Shown here piece after piece: positions 36,840 through 46,119 of a DNA stretch of 64,000 nt. The stretch is from a phage: sequence record NC_135728.1; one strand, given 5' to 3'. Numbering within the stretch: the first letter of the stretch is position 1; every line of letters starts with the position of its first letter. Under the pieces are notes generated by a model. That model did not search any database, was not told the DNA's origin, and worked only from the letters and a program-made list of their open reading frames with translations. Made by a program: the position numbers and the translations under genes.

Positions 36840-37553
36840 ATGCTGAATACTAAACTGATCGACAACCTGGAAAAACTGTCTCAGCCTGAAAACTACCTTT
36901 GGTCTGCCAACTGGGTGGAAAACTGGAACCGTGTGGCAGCTAAAGTGAAAAAATCATACACACCATTCGAATTACAGCTTAGCTTCATTGAGGAAGAGTT
37001 CAATGAGGTTTTGGAAGAGCTGGAGAAAGGTGATGGTGGAGATCACCTGCTAAAAGAGGCCTGCGATCTTCACGTTGTCACAAGTTATGCCGCTTATCTT
37101 GTTAATGACAATCACGAAAAGTGGTCAAACCTGTTTGATAATCCACGAGGTCTTAAGTTCAAGATCGGTGAGTTCTATGATACACTGATCGCTGCGAAAA
37201 ACACATCCAAGCAAAGAGCGTCAGCTTACCGCTTAGCGGAGTTGTCAACAGCTTTGCTGTTCCAGCTTCGCGGAGATGTGTGTGGGATGATGCGGAAGGT
37301 TCTCAAATCTAATGACAGTAAGTTTGCACGGATCAACCATCTACGGCATTCACACGGTGCCAGTGCAGATATGCCTGCTGAACAACTCATCGAGTTGGAG
37401 ATTAAAGATCTTGAGCGTCGTTTTGGTGGTCGCTACGAAGGTTTCGTTGCTAAAGAGGAGTTCTACAACGGCAATAAAGTTATTATATTCCTTGACAGTA
37501 AAGGTAAGATTATGAAGCCTTCGAGCTTCAAGGATGTAACAGAGTATATTTAA
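36840..37553 (+). CDS. MazG-like nucleoside triphosphate pyrophosphohydrolase, putative
   Basis: EExxE-type motif FIEEEFNEVLEELEKG followed by KEACDLHVV, resembling all-alpha NTP pyrophosphatases. Confidence 0.4.
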   Translation: MLNTKLIDNLEKLSQPENYLWSANWVENWNRVAAKVKKSYTPFELQLSFIEEEFNEVLEELEKGDGGDHLLKEACDLHVVTSYAAYLVNDNHEKWSNLFDNPRGLKFKIGEFYDTLIAAKNTSKQRASAYRLAELSTALLFQLRGDVCGMMRKVLKSNDSKFARINHLRHSHGASADMPAEQLIELEIKDLERRFGGRYEGFVAKEEFYNGNKVIIFLDSKGKIMKPSSFKDVTEYI

Positions 37554-37557
37554 CAAC

Positions 37558-37584
37558 ATAGCCGGGATTACCCGGCTTTACTTA
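37558..37584 (+). terminator. rho-independent terminator
   Basis: gccgggattacccggc hairpin followed by TTTACTT. Confidence 0.6.
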
Positions 37585-37615
37585 TTATGGAAAGTATGCA
37601 GTGAGGTAGTCAGTT

Positions 37616-37924
37616 ATGTACAAGCATTCCAGAGATCTTGAAAAAGATGCTGTGTTTGGCGACCAGATGAAGGAGCTGATCAAACTTATTGGTAGAATGG
37701 AAGATAAGTTTGACACTAAAATCTACATCGATAGCAAGATCTTCAACCACAAAATATGGACAAATGTGTGTGTTGGGCTACATGGTGATAAAGATATTGT
37801 AAATTTGGTTGTAATAAAGTTCATAGTGTGGCAGAATAGGACTATACGTTATTCCGATCCACACTTACTTGTTTATCCTATAAAAGACCTACTACAGAAG
37901 GAGGACTGCAATGCCGTTATTTAA
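37616..37924 (+). CDS. hypothetical protein (102 aa)
   Basis: ORF track. Confidence 0.45.
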   Translation: MYKHSRDLEKDAVFGDQMKELIKLIGRMEDKFDTKIYIDSKIFNHKIWTNVCVGLHGDKDIVNLVVIKFIVWQNRTIRYSDPHLLVYPIKDLLQKEDCNAVI

Positions 37925-38180
37925 TCTTGCTAAACCTGTAGAAGCACACCAGTTTGACGGAAGCTCTTCATCAGTATCTGATCTGCAACGGTGGATTGAT
38001 ACTGGTGTGTTTACATCGTCGCCTGTTCGGACCAGAGATATTCGTCGCATGTGTGAGCTTATCGAGCCGTTTGGTAACCTTGTCTTGTACCAGGGAGATT
38101 GGCTAGTTGACTTTATGGGAGACTGGTTGGTAATGAGTAAAGAAGAGATGTTTAAAATTTTTAAGGAAGAGGCCGAGTAA
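37911..38180 (+). CDS. hypothetical protein (89 aa)
   Basis: ORF track; start-stop overlaps. Confidence 0.45.
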   Translation: MPLFNLAKPVEAHQFDGSSSSVSDLQRWIDTGVFTSSPVRTRDIRRMCELIEPFGNLVLYQGDWLVDFMGDWLVMSKEEMFKIFKEEAE

Positions 38181-39463
38181 TGCATCAAATCAAAACAACA
38201 CTGTACGCACTGAACAAAGATGGCAGCTACCAACAGTGGAAAGTATTCACTGATGGCGAAAAGGTTATCGTAGAGTTTGGCAAGCTTGACGGTAAATTGC
38301 AGTACAAAGAGACGGTATGCACACCTAAGAACGTAGGTCGTGCCAACGAGACTACAGCTGAGCAACAGGCCGAGCTTGAGGCTATCAGCAAGTGGGAAAA
38401 ACAAGTCCGCCTGGGGTATGTTGAAAACATGGAAGATTGCGAGCAGGGTGTTGATCTTTTACCCATGCTGGTGCATGACTACCTGAAGCGTGGCAAGGCA
38501 CTTAAATTACCTTGCTGGATCTTGCGTAAGTTAGATGGTCTTCGTCTGCTTGTTGTTTTCCAAAATGGTGAGCCTAAATTTATTTCCCGTGGTAATAAGT
38601 CCTACCCTATTCAAGGAAAGCTTTTAGAGCAACTTCGTTCTTTCCATTCTACCACTAGGATTAAACAACTTGATGGGGAACTATACATTCATGGTCTTCC
38701 TTTGCAGAAAATAGTGTCTCTTGCTAAACGGTGGCGCACACAGGAAGAGATTCAGGCCGAGATCGATAAAGACTATGAGGCAGATAAAAAACGCCGTCAT
38801 GCAGCAATTAAGGCAGGCTTATCAACATACAAAAACTTCAACAAGGTAGATATTCCTGTCGATGTTGAGCCTGTTCGTGATGATTTGCGTTACGGCGGGT
38901 ACTGTAGCTACGATCTGGAGTATCACATTTTTGATATTCCTAGCGACAAGGTGTGGTGGGATCCAGAAACAGAGTCTGGGCGCTGCAAGGATCTTATGGA
39001 TGCAGAGGATACCGTTACCACTCTGATGCTTGATCATATCAAGGTTGTTGACGCAGAGCTTGCGTACACAGTTGATCATTGCGAAGAATCTGTTGGTATA
39101 TTCATGTCCGAAGGATATGAAGGTACTATCATGCGTAATTTCTGCGGTAAATATGAGTATGGTCAGCGAACATCTGAAGCATTGAAATGGAAAAAGTTCA
39201 ACGACGCAGAGGTGAAAGTTATTGACGTTGAGAAAGATAAGAATGATGAAGGTGTTCTTATCTGTGTTGACAAGGAAGGTGTTGTTGTTAAAATGAAGAT
39301 GAAAGGCACGCACGAGGAGCGTAGCTATGACAGGATGCAGGAAATGATCGGCAAGTTTGTCACCTTCAAATACCAAGCAAGGACAGAAGACAACAACTAC
39401 CAATTCCCTGTCGGTATCTGCGTCCGAAATGTTAACCCAGACACTTGGGAGGTGCTTGAATGA
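38180..39463 (+). CDS. ATP-dependent DNA ligase
   Basis: Nucleotidyl-transferase motifs I (RKLDGLR), III (LDGELYIHG), IV (EGYEGTIMR), V (LKWKKF). Confidence 0.7.
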   Translation: MHQIKTTLYALNKDGSYQQWKVFTDGEKVIVEFGKLDGKLQYKETVCTPKNVGRANETTAEQQAELEAISKWEKQVRLGYVENMEDCEQGVDLLPMLVHDYLKRGKALKLPCWILRKLDGLRLLVVFQNGEPKFISRGNKSYPIQGKLLEQLRSFHSTTRIKQLDGELYIHGLPLQKIVSLAKRWRTQEEIQAEIDKDYEADKKRRHAAIKAGLSTYKNFNKVDIPVDVEPVRDDLRYGGYCSYDLEYHIFDIPSDKVWWDPETESGRCKDLMDAEDTVTTLMLDHIKVVDAELAYTVDHCEESVGIFMSEGYEGTIMRNFCGKYEYGQRTSEALKWKKFNDAEVKVIDVEKDKNDEGVLICVDKEGVVVKMKMKGTHEERSYDRMQEMIGKFVTFKYQARTEDNNYQFPVGICVRNVNPDTWEVLE

Positions 39464-39586
39464 TGTAGGAAGGTTCAGCAGGTAACGGTAGCCAATTGAA
39501 TGATGGTTTTCAATCGGCACCTACATAACCACACTGTGTAGTGTTGTTGATTGTGTTAGTTATGAGTAAACTGGAGAGTATGAAAA

Positions 39587-40057
39587 ATGAAACTTGATAA
39601 AAATGTTCAACGAAAAGCTTTCTTGGATATGATCGCATATTCGGAAGGCACAGATAATGGTAGGCAACCCACTAAGGATCGGGGATACGATGTCATAGTT
39701 GGTGGCAAGCTGTTTAGCGATTACAGCAAGCATCCAGGTGTGTACGTTAAGCTAAATGCTAAACTTACCTCCTCCGCTGCTGGTCGTTACCAGGTTTTGG
39801 AGAAGTTTGCTAAACACTACATGGAACAGTTAGGATTGCCAGATTTTGGCCCTGCCAGTCAGGACAAGATTGCGTTGCAACTGATCCGTGAGTGCAAGGC
39901 TCTCGCCGACATTGACGAAGGGCGTATCCACGAGGCTATCCATAAATGCCGTTCCCGCTGGGCTTCGTTACCTGGTGCTGGATATGGTCAGCATGAACAG
40001 AAGATCGAGAAGTTGATCGAGGTGTTTAAAAAGGCAGGCGGTGTTGTCCTTGATTGA
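39587..40057 (+). CDS. endolysin, lambda R-type lytic transglycosylase
   Basis: Near-colinear similarity to phage lambda R as recalled (QRKAFLDM..SEGTDNGRQ..GYDVIVGG..AGRYQ..WASLPGAGYGQ). Confidence 0.9.
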   Translation: MKLDKNVQRKAFLDMIAYSEGTDNGRQPTKDRGYDVIVGGKLFSDYSKHPGVYVKLNAKLTSSAAGRYQVLEKFAKHYMEQLGLPDFGPASQDKIALQLIRECKALADIDEGRIHEAIHKCRSRWASLPGAGYGQHEQKIEKLIEVFKKAGGVVLD

Positions 40058-40060
40058 TCA

Positions 40061-40089
40061 TTGACATAACCACAAGGACGTGGTATTGT
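40061..40089 (+). promoter_or_regulatory. sigma70-like promoter with palindromic spacer (CCACAAGGACGTGG)
   Basis: TTGACA, 17-bp spacer, TATTGT; spacer palindrome recurs at 55792-55822. Confidence 0.5.
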
Positions 40090-40120
40090 TACCTCATAAA
40101 ATGTTTAGGAGGGCTTAACC

Positions 40121-40327
40121 ATGAAAGATTTTCTGTTGGCAATTTTGTTCATGGCAGCATGTCTGGCCTGTGGTGTCGTGTTTGCAGGTGAAACAGCGTA
40201 TCTTGTCGATGTATATCGGGACAATGGTAAACGTATTTGCCTTTATGAGACAAGTCAAGGTGAGCTCTACGAGCTTGTGAAACAAGGCGAGGCTGGATCT
40301 TGTCCTCGCACCCATTTCTTTGAATGA
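40121..40327 (+). CDS. small lipoprotein (68 aa)
   Basis: Signal peptide with lipobox-like LACG; RBS GGAGGG upstream. Confidence 0.5.
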   Translation: MKDFLLAILFMAACLACGVVFAGETAYLVDVYRDNGKRICLYETSQGELYELVKQGEAGSCPRTHFFE

Positions 40328-40336
40328 GGAGAATAC

Positions 40337-40801
40337 GTGGAAGACGGACGTTTAATGAAGTCTGAACGCAGGCTTATTGTGCAACTGATCCCAGAAACAG
40401 CTTGGTATAATAACCTCCGAAACGCTGTGAAGAAGAGTGAGTGGGATAAGATCCGTAAGAAGTGCTACAGAGAAGCCAACTACACTTGCGAGGTGTGCGG
40501 AGGTAAAGGCAGCAAACATCCAGTGGAGTGTCATGAACTTTACACTTTCGAAGAAGGAGTGATCCGTCTTGTCGGACTGATAGCGTTGTGCCCAGACTGT
40601 CACACATCGGTGCATCCTGGGTTAGCAAATATCCGTGGAAAGTATGCTCAGGCAGTTAATCAGTTGGCTAAGGTGAATAAGATCACCAAGGGTATGGCAG
40701 AGGCGTATTACCGAGACTGCTTTGCAGAGTGGCGTGAGCTTAGTAAAGTTCCAGAATGGAAGACTGACTTTTCGTGGATAGAGGGTTACCTTGATGGCTA
40801 A
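40337..40801 (+). CDS. zinc-binding HNH-like protein (154 aa), possible endonuclease
   Basis: CEVCGG ... HPVECHE ... CPDCH arrangement of Cys/His pairs. Confidence 0.4.
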   Translation: MEDGRLMKSERRLIVQLIPETAWYNNLRNAVKKSEWDKIRKKCYREANYTCEVCGGKGSKHPVECHELYTFEEGVIRLVGLIALCPDCHTSVHPGLANIRGKYAQAVNQLAKVNKITKGMAEAYYRDCFAEWRELSKVPEWKTDFSWIEGYLDG

Positions 40802-41084
40802 GAAACCTGTAAAAGAGAAATTTGATAAGACAGCTTTTGTATTCGATACACCTTTGGACGATATCATCAGAGGTATGCAAGCCTTGTATCGGAAGTCTGA
40901 ATCTGAGCAGCTGTCGGAATCAGAGCTTTACTGGTTGGGTTGGTGGGAGCTTAATCTACCTAAAGCTGAAAGCTCTGATCTAAAAACCGTTAAAACGTGT
41001 GCCCAAGAAAATGCTGCACTTGGAATTTACCACAAAAGAAAAAGATCAACAAAAAGCTCTCCAAGAAAGACTAAAAAGTCTTGA
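40791..41084 (+). CDS. hypothetical protein (97 aa), basic C-terminus
   Basis: ORF track. Confidence 0.4.
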   Translation: MMAKKPVKEKFDKTAFVFDTPLDDIIRGMQALYRKSESEQLSESELYWLGWWELNLPKAESSDLKTVKTCAQENAALGIYHKRKRSTKSSPRKTKKS

Positions 41085-41111
41085 CAAATGAGTCTCTGAT
41101 CTGATATTATC
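41081..41111 (+). promoter_or_regulatory. sigma70-like promoter
   Basis: TTGACA (41081-41086), 17-19 bp spacer, ATATTA/TATTAT; followed by RBS AGGAGA and ATG at 41144. Confidence 0.5.
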
Positions 41112-41143
41112 AGTTAACTATTTATTAACTAGGAGAACTAGGT

Positions 41144-41452
41144 ATGCTTAAAATTTTTATTGTTGAAGATAAAGATATCGTCCAGTTGTATGCAAACGAG
41201 AATCACAAAGGTATGATTCTGAAGAAGGCAAAAAACCTTCATGAAAACACAATTCAACCGGGTGATGTAATTAAGATCTGTGGTTATATGATACCAGACT
41301 CCTTGATGAAAATAACCCACCACTGGGGGTCTAATCCGTTCCTTTTTGAAAAGTATTGGGATGTTGAGTCACTTATTGCAGAGAGTGATGATGCATTTCA
41401 TTACAGCATCCAACCATCTTGCAGAATAACTAACAGGAGGGGCTTTGAGTAG
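41144..41452 (+). CDS. hypothetical protein (102 aa)
   Basis: ORF track with RBS. Confidence 0.5.
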   Translation: MLKIFIVEDKDIVQLYANENHKGMILKKAKNLHENTIQPGDVIKICGYMIPDSLMKITHHWGSNPFLFEKYWDVESLIAESDDAFHYSIQPSCRITNRRGFE

Positions 41453-42584
41453 AGAATATCCACTTATTGAATCTGTAGATTGTCTTGCTGATCTTCTCGA
41501 ACCTGACGCTATAGTTTATTATGACTTCGACCAGGTTGCATATCAAGCTGCGGCAAGTTGTGAAAAAAGGACAATTGAGGTAACACACAAAGCCTCCGGA
41601 CGTAAGAAGATGTTTAAAACACGAACAGAGTTCTGGGGGCGGCAGAAAAACACCGTTGGTGGTTGGTTAAAAGCTGAGAATACCAACCGTGAAGCCGCAT
41701 GTAAAAAGGCTGGAAAGGAGTTTATTCCGTGGACACGCGAAGATTTCGATGTCTTGGATATCCAAACCCCTGATCCTGTAGAGAACTGCTTACACACAAT
41801 TAAGTGTAAAGCTAATGCAGTTCTTAACTATCTTGGTATTCCGGAAGAGCGATGTGTCGGGGTGTTGGGAGGCACAGGTAACTTCAGACTAGATCTTCCA
41901 ATGCCGGAAAGATACAAAGCCAACCGTAACAATACTCTTCGACCACTGCTGCTTGGAGATGCAAGACAGTATCTCCAAAAGCAGTATAATGCTCAAGTGA
42001 TCAACGGTATCGAGGCTGACGACTGGTTAGCTATCCAGCAATTTGAAGGTTGGAACCACTACCAAAAAACAGGTAAGTTCAACAAGTTTATTATCTCTAT
42101 TGATAAGGACCAAAGAACACTACCTGGACTTGTGTTCGATCCCATGCGAAACGATAAGGGAGATTTTGTAAGGGAAACCCCTATGCTGATCGATAACGGC
42201 ATGGGAAACATCTTCATGAAGCCTAATGGAGAGGTTGGTGGTTACGGAATGCTGTTCTTCGGATACCAAATGCTGTGTGGTGACTCTGCTGACAACATCA
42301 AGCCGTATCAAGGACTTATCGGTAAGGGTAAGTTCGGGGATGCCTCAGCATTCTACCTGCTGTCTCAGTGCAGCACTCCAAAGGAGATGTGGGTGGCTAT
42401 TATTGATCAGTACAAGAAGTGGTTCCCGAAAGGTGTTGTTAAGTATACTGACTTCAATGGCATTGATCGTAGAATTTCCGTAGGTCAATGGATGAGTATA
42501 ATTTTTGACTGTTTGTATATGAAGCGAACATTCAATGATCAAACAAAACTTGTTAACGTTCTTAGAAATGTTGGAGCAATTTGA
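41445..42584 (+). CDS. 5'-3' exonuclease / flap endonuclease (FEN family)
   Basis: Motifs IEADDWLA and GDSADNIKP typical of 5' nuclease family. Confidence 0.65.
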   Translation: MSREYPLIESVDCLADLLEPDAIVYYDFDQVAYQAAASCEKRTIEVTHKASGRKKMFKTRTEFWGRQKNTVGGWLKAENTNREAACKKAGKEFIPWTREDFDVLDIQTPDPVENCLHTIKCKANAVLNYLGIPEERCVGVLGGTGNFRLDLPMPERYKANRNNTLRPLLLGDARQYLQKQYNAQVINGIEADDWLAIQQFEGWNHYQKTGKFNKFIISIDKDQRTLPGLVFDPMRNDKGDFVRETPMLIDNGMGNIFMKPNGEVGGYGMLFFGYQMLCGDSADNIKPYQGLIGKGKFGDASAFYLLSQCSTPKEMWVAIIDQYKKWFPKGVVKYTDFNGIDRRISVGQWMSIIFDCLYMKRTFNDQTKLVNVLRNVGAI

Positions 42585-42916
42585 TGACTAAAAATGCTGT
42601 AGATAATGCAATTATGGAAGCTGTTTTTGAGGATGATCATACAACAGGGACACTTAAAACAAAAAACACATTTATTGTTGCCACAGGTATGTGGCGGTTG
42701 TACGAAGATGACACTATTGCATACATCTTGTATACTGATGATTACGCAGATGACCGTGTATGGTCTGCTGTTTTAAAAGAGGATTGTGAGCTGATTGAGG
42801 GCGAGCGGTTATGCATGTTCACCAGTGTGGAAACAGATGTTAAGCTTTGCTCTCTCGTCTTGTTCAAAGATAAGGCTTATGCTCCTGATGAAGGAGAGGA
42901 GGATGAGAGAGCATGA
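42581..42916 (+). CDS. hypothetical protein (111 aa)
   Basis: ORF track. Confidence 0.45.
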   Translation: MMTKNAVDNAIMEAVFEDDHTTGTLKTKNTFIVATGMWRLYEDDTIAYILYTDDYADDRVWSAVLKEDCELIEGERLCMFTSVETDVKLCSLVLFKDKAYAPDEGEEDERA

Positions 42917-43542
42917 GAGAGCGTCTATTATCCATAGACCAGTCGTTGACACACACAGCTTGCGTTGTATGGGACGATGGAAAGCCTGTTCATAAGGTTG
43001 TGTTACGAACTCAAAGCTCATCTGCAAAAGAGAAGAAACCAGGGACGGTTTCTTTTGCAACAGCTGCTGAGCGCATTGACTGGATCTGCAAACAGGTCAG
43101 ATATTATATCCACACGCACGGAGTTGACACCGTGGTTATGGAAGGGCTTTCCTTTGGATCACGCGGTGATGCCACACGTGAGCTGGCTGGGCTGTTTTAC
43201 GGTCTTGAAATTATGCTTTGGGATGCCTTAGCTGATTGTGAAAATGACGGCCTGTTTAAGGTCCACACAGTGACACCAACAACTGCCAAAAAGTTTGCTC
43301 GTAGTCATCTTCCTGAAGAACTTGCTTTTGAGGAGAAGAAAAAGCTTGACAAAAAGACAGGTAAAGAGCATACTGTGAAGAAACCTGTTACAATGGATAA
43401 AAAGTTGATGGTTAAGGCCTGCGAAGTATCTGAACCTGGGTTCCTAGATGGGATCAATTTGGTACAAGGTAAGGCCGATCTCGCAGATGCTTATTGGATA
43501 GGCAGGGCTCATCTGGAGGGATTATCGCAAAGCGTAAAATAA
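42913..43542 (+). CDS. RuvC-like Holliday junction resolvase, putative
   Basis: RNase-H-like start LSIDQSLTHTACVV, acidic residue in VVMEGLSFG, C-terminal DAYWIGRAHL. Confidence 0.5.
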   Translation: MRERLLSIDQSLTHTACVVWDDGKPVHKVVLRTQSSSAKEKKPGTVSFATAAERIDWICKQVRYYIHTHGVDTVVMEGLSFGSRGDATRELAGLFYGLEIMLWDALADCENDGLFKVHTVTPTTAKKFARSHLPEELAFEEKKKLDKKTGKEHTVKKPVTMDKKLMVKACEVSEPGFLDGINLVQGKADLADAYWIGRAHLEGLSQSVK

Positions 43543-44099
43543 GAAAGAAAGCTGTCAAAGCCCCAGTTCATAACGGGTGGTTAAAAGATTCTAAGGACAT
43601 AGCCAACTTTCGAAAAGAATTGTCAGAGGAGCAGGATGGTCTTGATCCGATCTTGTGCGAGCCACTTCGTAAGCCTTGTTTAGATCATGATCATCTGACT
43701 GGTCGTTGCAGGGGTGTTTTGTCTCAATGCACTAATACCTTTGAGGGATATGTGCTTAAATACTGGATGAAATACTGTAACGAGTATACAGATTGCAGTT
43801 TATCAGAGGCGTTGCGCCGGATGGCTGACTATTTGGAGAAAGACTACAGCGACTTCCCGCTCCACAAAAACTACAGAGATGATATGACAAAGTTCTTGAG
43901 GAGATGCTCTAAAGCTACGATTATTGCACGAGCAGAATCAGATCTAAATCTTGTCATTAATCCGGAGTGCACCAAGCATGAGGCTATTGAGTTCTACATG
44001 CAGGAGTTTATAAAGAAAACTGAGGAGAGAGATTTCTATGGGGATGAAAAAGGTATTCAATCCTTGCGACTCAGTCCTGATCAGGATGAAATACCGTAA
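43494..44099 (+). CDS. endonuclease VII-like recombination endonuclease (start uncertain)
   Basis: CLDHDHLTGRCRGVLSQCTNTFEG matches the Endonuclease VII zinc/HNH-like signature; ORF start overlaps the upstream gene by 49 nt. Confidence 0.6.
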   Translation: MDRQGSSGGIIAKRKIRKKAVKAPVHNGWLKDSKDIANFRKELSEEQDGLDPILCEPLRKPCLDHDHLTGRCRGVLSQCTNTFEGYVLKYWMKYCNEYTDCSLSEALRRMADYLEKDYSDFPLHKNYRDDMTKFLRRCSKATIIARAESDLNLVINPECTKHEAIEFYMQEFIKKTEERDFYGDEKGIQSLRLSPDQDEIP

Positions 44100-44259
44100 C
44101 TGGAAAGGTGTTGTTGCAGATCGCTGCGTTACTGAGCCTAATTTATGGTTTGGATCTACAGAGTATCATAAAGAAGAGCAGTGGTTGATGCGTGCCTTCG
44201 ATGTAGACAAGGGCGAATATCGTGACTTCGCTTTAAAAGACATTCTTCAGTTTTACTAA
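44038..44259 (+). CDS. hypothetical protein (73 aa or shorter)
   Basis: ORF track; overlaps 3' end of EndoVII-like gene. Confidence 0.3.
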   Translation: MGMKKVFNPCDSVLIRMKYRNWKGVVADRCVTEPNLWFGSTEYHKEEQWLMRAFDVDKGEYRDFALKDILQFY

Positions 44260-44271
44260 GGAATCTTAACG

Positions 44272-45255
44272 ATGATGACAAAGTTAACTCTTGAGCAAAT
44301 TTTAACACTAAAGCAACAGGGATACACTAATAGACAAATTGCTCGTGAATTTTTAGGCCGTGAGTCACGTGAGAGCTGGATCCGACTACAGCTTAAACGT
44401 GCACAAGAGAATATGTCAGAGATTGTAGGAGAAGCAACGGAGCGCTTCCTTGAAGAACACAAAGGTGCTAAAGTTTGGGTGTATGATACAGAGACATCCC
44501 CAACAAACGGCTGGTTCTTTGGGCACTATAAGACCAACATTCAAACCTGTGGTATTGAAGTTATGCCCTATATGCTAACTTTCGCAGGTAAGTGGTTAGA
44601 CAGCCCTAGTGTGGTTGACTGCGCTCTTCCAGATTACAAAATGTGGGATGAAGATATTCACAATGATCTCGAATTGATTCAGGATTTGTGGTATTATCTG
44701 GATAAATGCGATGTCGCAGTAGCCCACAATTCAGGTTTTGACTGCGGGTGGGCCAACCAACGATTTGCATTTCACGGGTTGCCTCCAACAAGCCCCTACA
44801 AAGAGGTTGACACCCTTAAAATGATCAAGAAGGCATTCCGTTTGAATGCAAACACTTTGGAGTATGCATGCAAATACTTCCAACTGGCCAGACAGAAACT
44901 GATTGATCACACATTTGAAATGTGGATCAAGTGTGTCCATGGCGATCTTGAGGCATTTAAACAGATGCGGGAGTATAATGTTGGTGATATCCTGTCTCTG
45001 GAAGGACTGTATTTGCTGGCTCGCCCGTTTGCTAAGCAGCACCCAAACATGTCATTGTACTACCAGGACGAGGAGCCAAAGGTTCGTTGCCCACGCTGTG
45101 GTGGAGAACACTTTCACGAGGAAGAAGCTTTGGCATATACTCAGCTGAGTGCATTTAAAACATACCGCTGCGAAGGTTGTGGATCTGTTGTTCGTGACCG
45201 TAACAACATCCGTACCAGAGAAGAAATGAAAAACACCCTGATTCAGATAATCTAA
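44272..45255 (+). CDS. DnaQ-like 3'-5' exonuclease with N-terminal HTH and C-terminal zinc finger
   Basis: DEDD motifs VWVYDTETS, VAHNSGFDCGW, YNVGDI; C-terminal CPRCGG...CEGCG. Confidence 0.6.
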   Translation: MMTKLTLEQILTLKQQGYTNRQIAREFLGRESRESWIRLQLKRAQENMSEIVGEATERFLEEHKGAKVWVYDTETSPTNGWFFGHYKTNIQTCGIEVMPYMLTFAGKWLDSPSVVDCALPDYKMWDEDIHNDLELIQDLWYYLDKCDVAVAHNSGFDCGWANQRFAFHGLPPTSPYKEVDTLKMIKKAFRLNANTLEYACKYFQLARQKLIDHTFEMWIKCVHGDLEAFKQMREYNVGDILSLEGLYLLARPFAKQHPNMSLYYQDEEPKVRCPRCGGEHFHEEEALAYTQLSAFKTYRCEGCGSVVRDRNNIRTREEMKNTLIQII

Positions 45256-45263
45256 CAATTATA

Positions 45264-45291
45264 GGGAGGCTTGCGCCTCCCTTTTCCTTTT
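45264..45291 (+). terminator. rho-independent terminator
   Basis: gggaggcttgcgcctccc hairpin followed by TTTTCCTTTT. Confidence 0.6.
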
Positions 45292-45300
45292 GGAGGCACT

Positions 45301-46119
45301 TTGAGCAAGAAAGAGTCCAACGACAAATATTACACAAACCCTGAGTATGCAGAATATCTTGTTGGTAAAGTAAAAGACAAGTATGGGAATTGTGCATACG
45401 TTGAGCCTTCTGCTGGAAGGGGTTCTTTTTCAAAACTATTTTCAAAGATACTGTCGTACGATCTAGTACCAGATCCTGAATTTGAAGGACCAACACAGTG
45501 CATTCAGGCAAACTTCTTGGAGGTGCATCCTAAGGCAGATGTCTTCATAGGTAACCCACCATTTGGCAAGAATTCATCTTTAGCTTGCAAATTCTTTAAC
45601 CATTGTGCATCATTGCTAGAGCTTGGCGGGGCTATAGCCTTCATCTTGCCACGGACATTTGAAAAAATATTTTTTGCAAACAAACTGGACATGTCTATGC
45701 ACCTTGTCTACAGCGAAAGGTGCCCTAAGAACTCGTTTTTACTTAATGGCAAACCTTACGACGTGCCATGTGTTTTCCAAATTTGGGAGAAAAAGGCGTG
45801 CAATAGGGATCCTGTAGAGATTGGAGAGAATAAGTTATTTTCTTTTAGCACTCCGGATGACTACGACTTCTGTGTAAGACGTGTTGGGTATAATGCTGGA
45901 AAAGTATTGGGGGATGATGACCCAAAATCTGAAGAATCGACATATTTCATAAAATCTTTAGTTGACGGTGTTGACAGAGTGTTTGCCGAATGCTATTCTT
46001 CTTTTCAAGAAGAAGCAGGTAAGACTGCTGGAATGAAGAGTATAGGCAAGAAAGAACTACAATACATTTTGGAGACCCGGTATGATCAAAAGCATAGACT
46101 TGACCAAAGAACTTACTGA
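45301..46119 (+). CDS. DNA N6-adenine (amino) methyltransferase; start uncertain (TTG at 45301 proposed; ORF-track ATG at 45271 lies inside the terminator hairpin)
   Basis: Motif I YVEPSAGRGSF and motif IV IGNPPFG. Confidence 0.65.
   Translation: MSKKESNDKYYTNPEYAEYLVGKVKDKYGNCAYVEPSAGRGSFSKLFSKILSYDLVPDPEFEGPTQCIQANFLEVHPKADVFIGNPPFGKNSSLACKFFNHCASLLELGGAIAFILPRTFEKIFFANKLDMSMHLVYSERCPKNSFLLNGKPYDVPCVFQIWEKKACNRDPVEIGENKLFSFSTPDDYDFCVRRVGYNAGKVLGDDDPKSEESTYFIKSLVDGVDRVFAECYSSFQEEAGKTAGMKSIGKKELQYILETRYDQKHRLDQRTY

Noticed and set aside
38180-39463. NAD-dependent (LigA-type) DNA ligase
   Set aside because: Motifs fit the ATP-dependent KxDG nucleotidyl-transferase pattern; no BRCT or LigA zinc-finger signatures seen.
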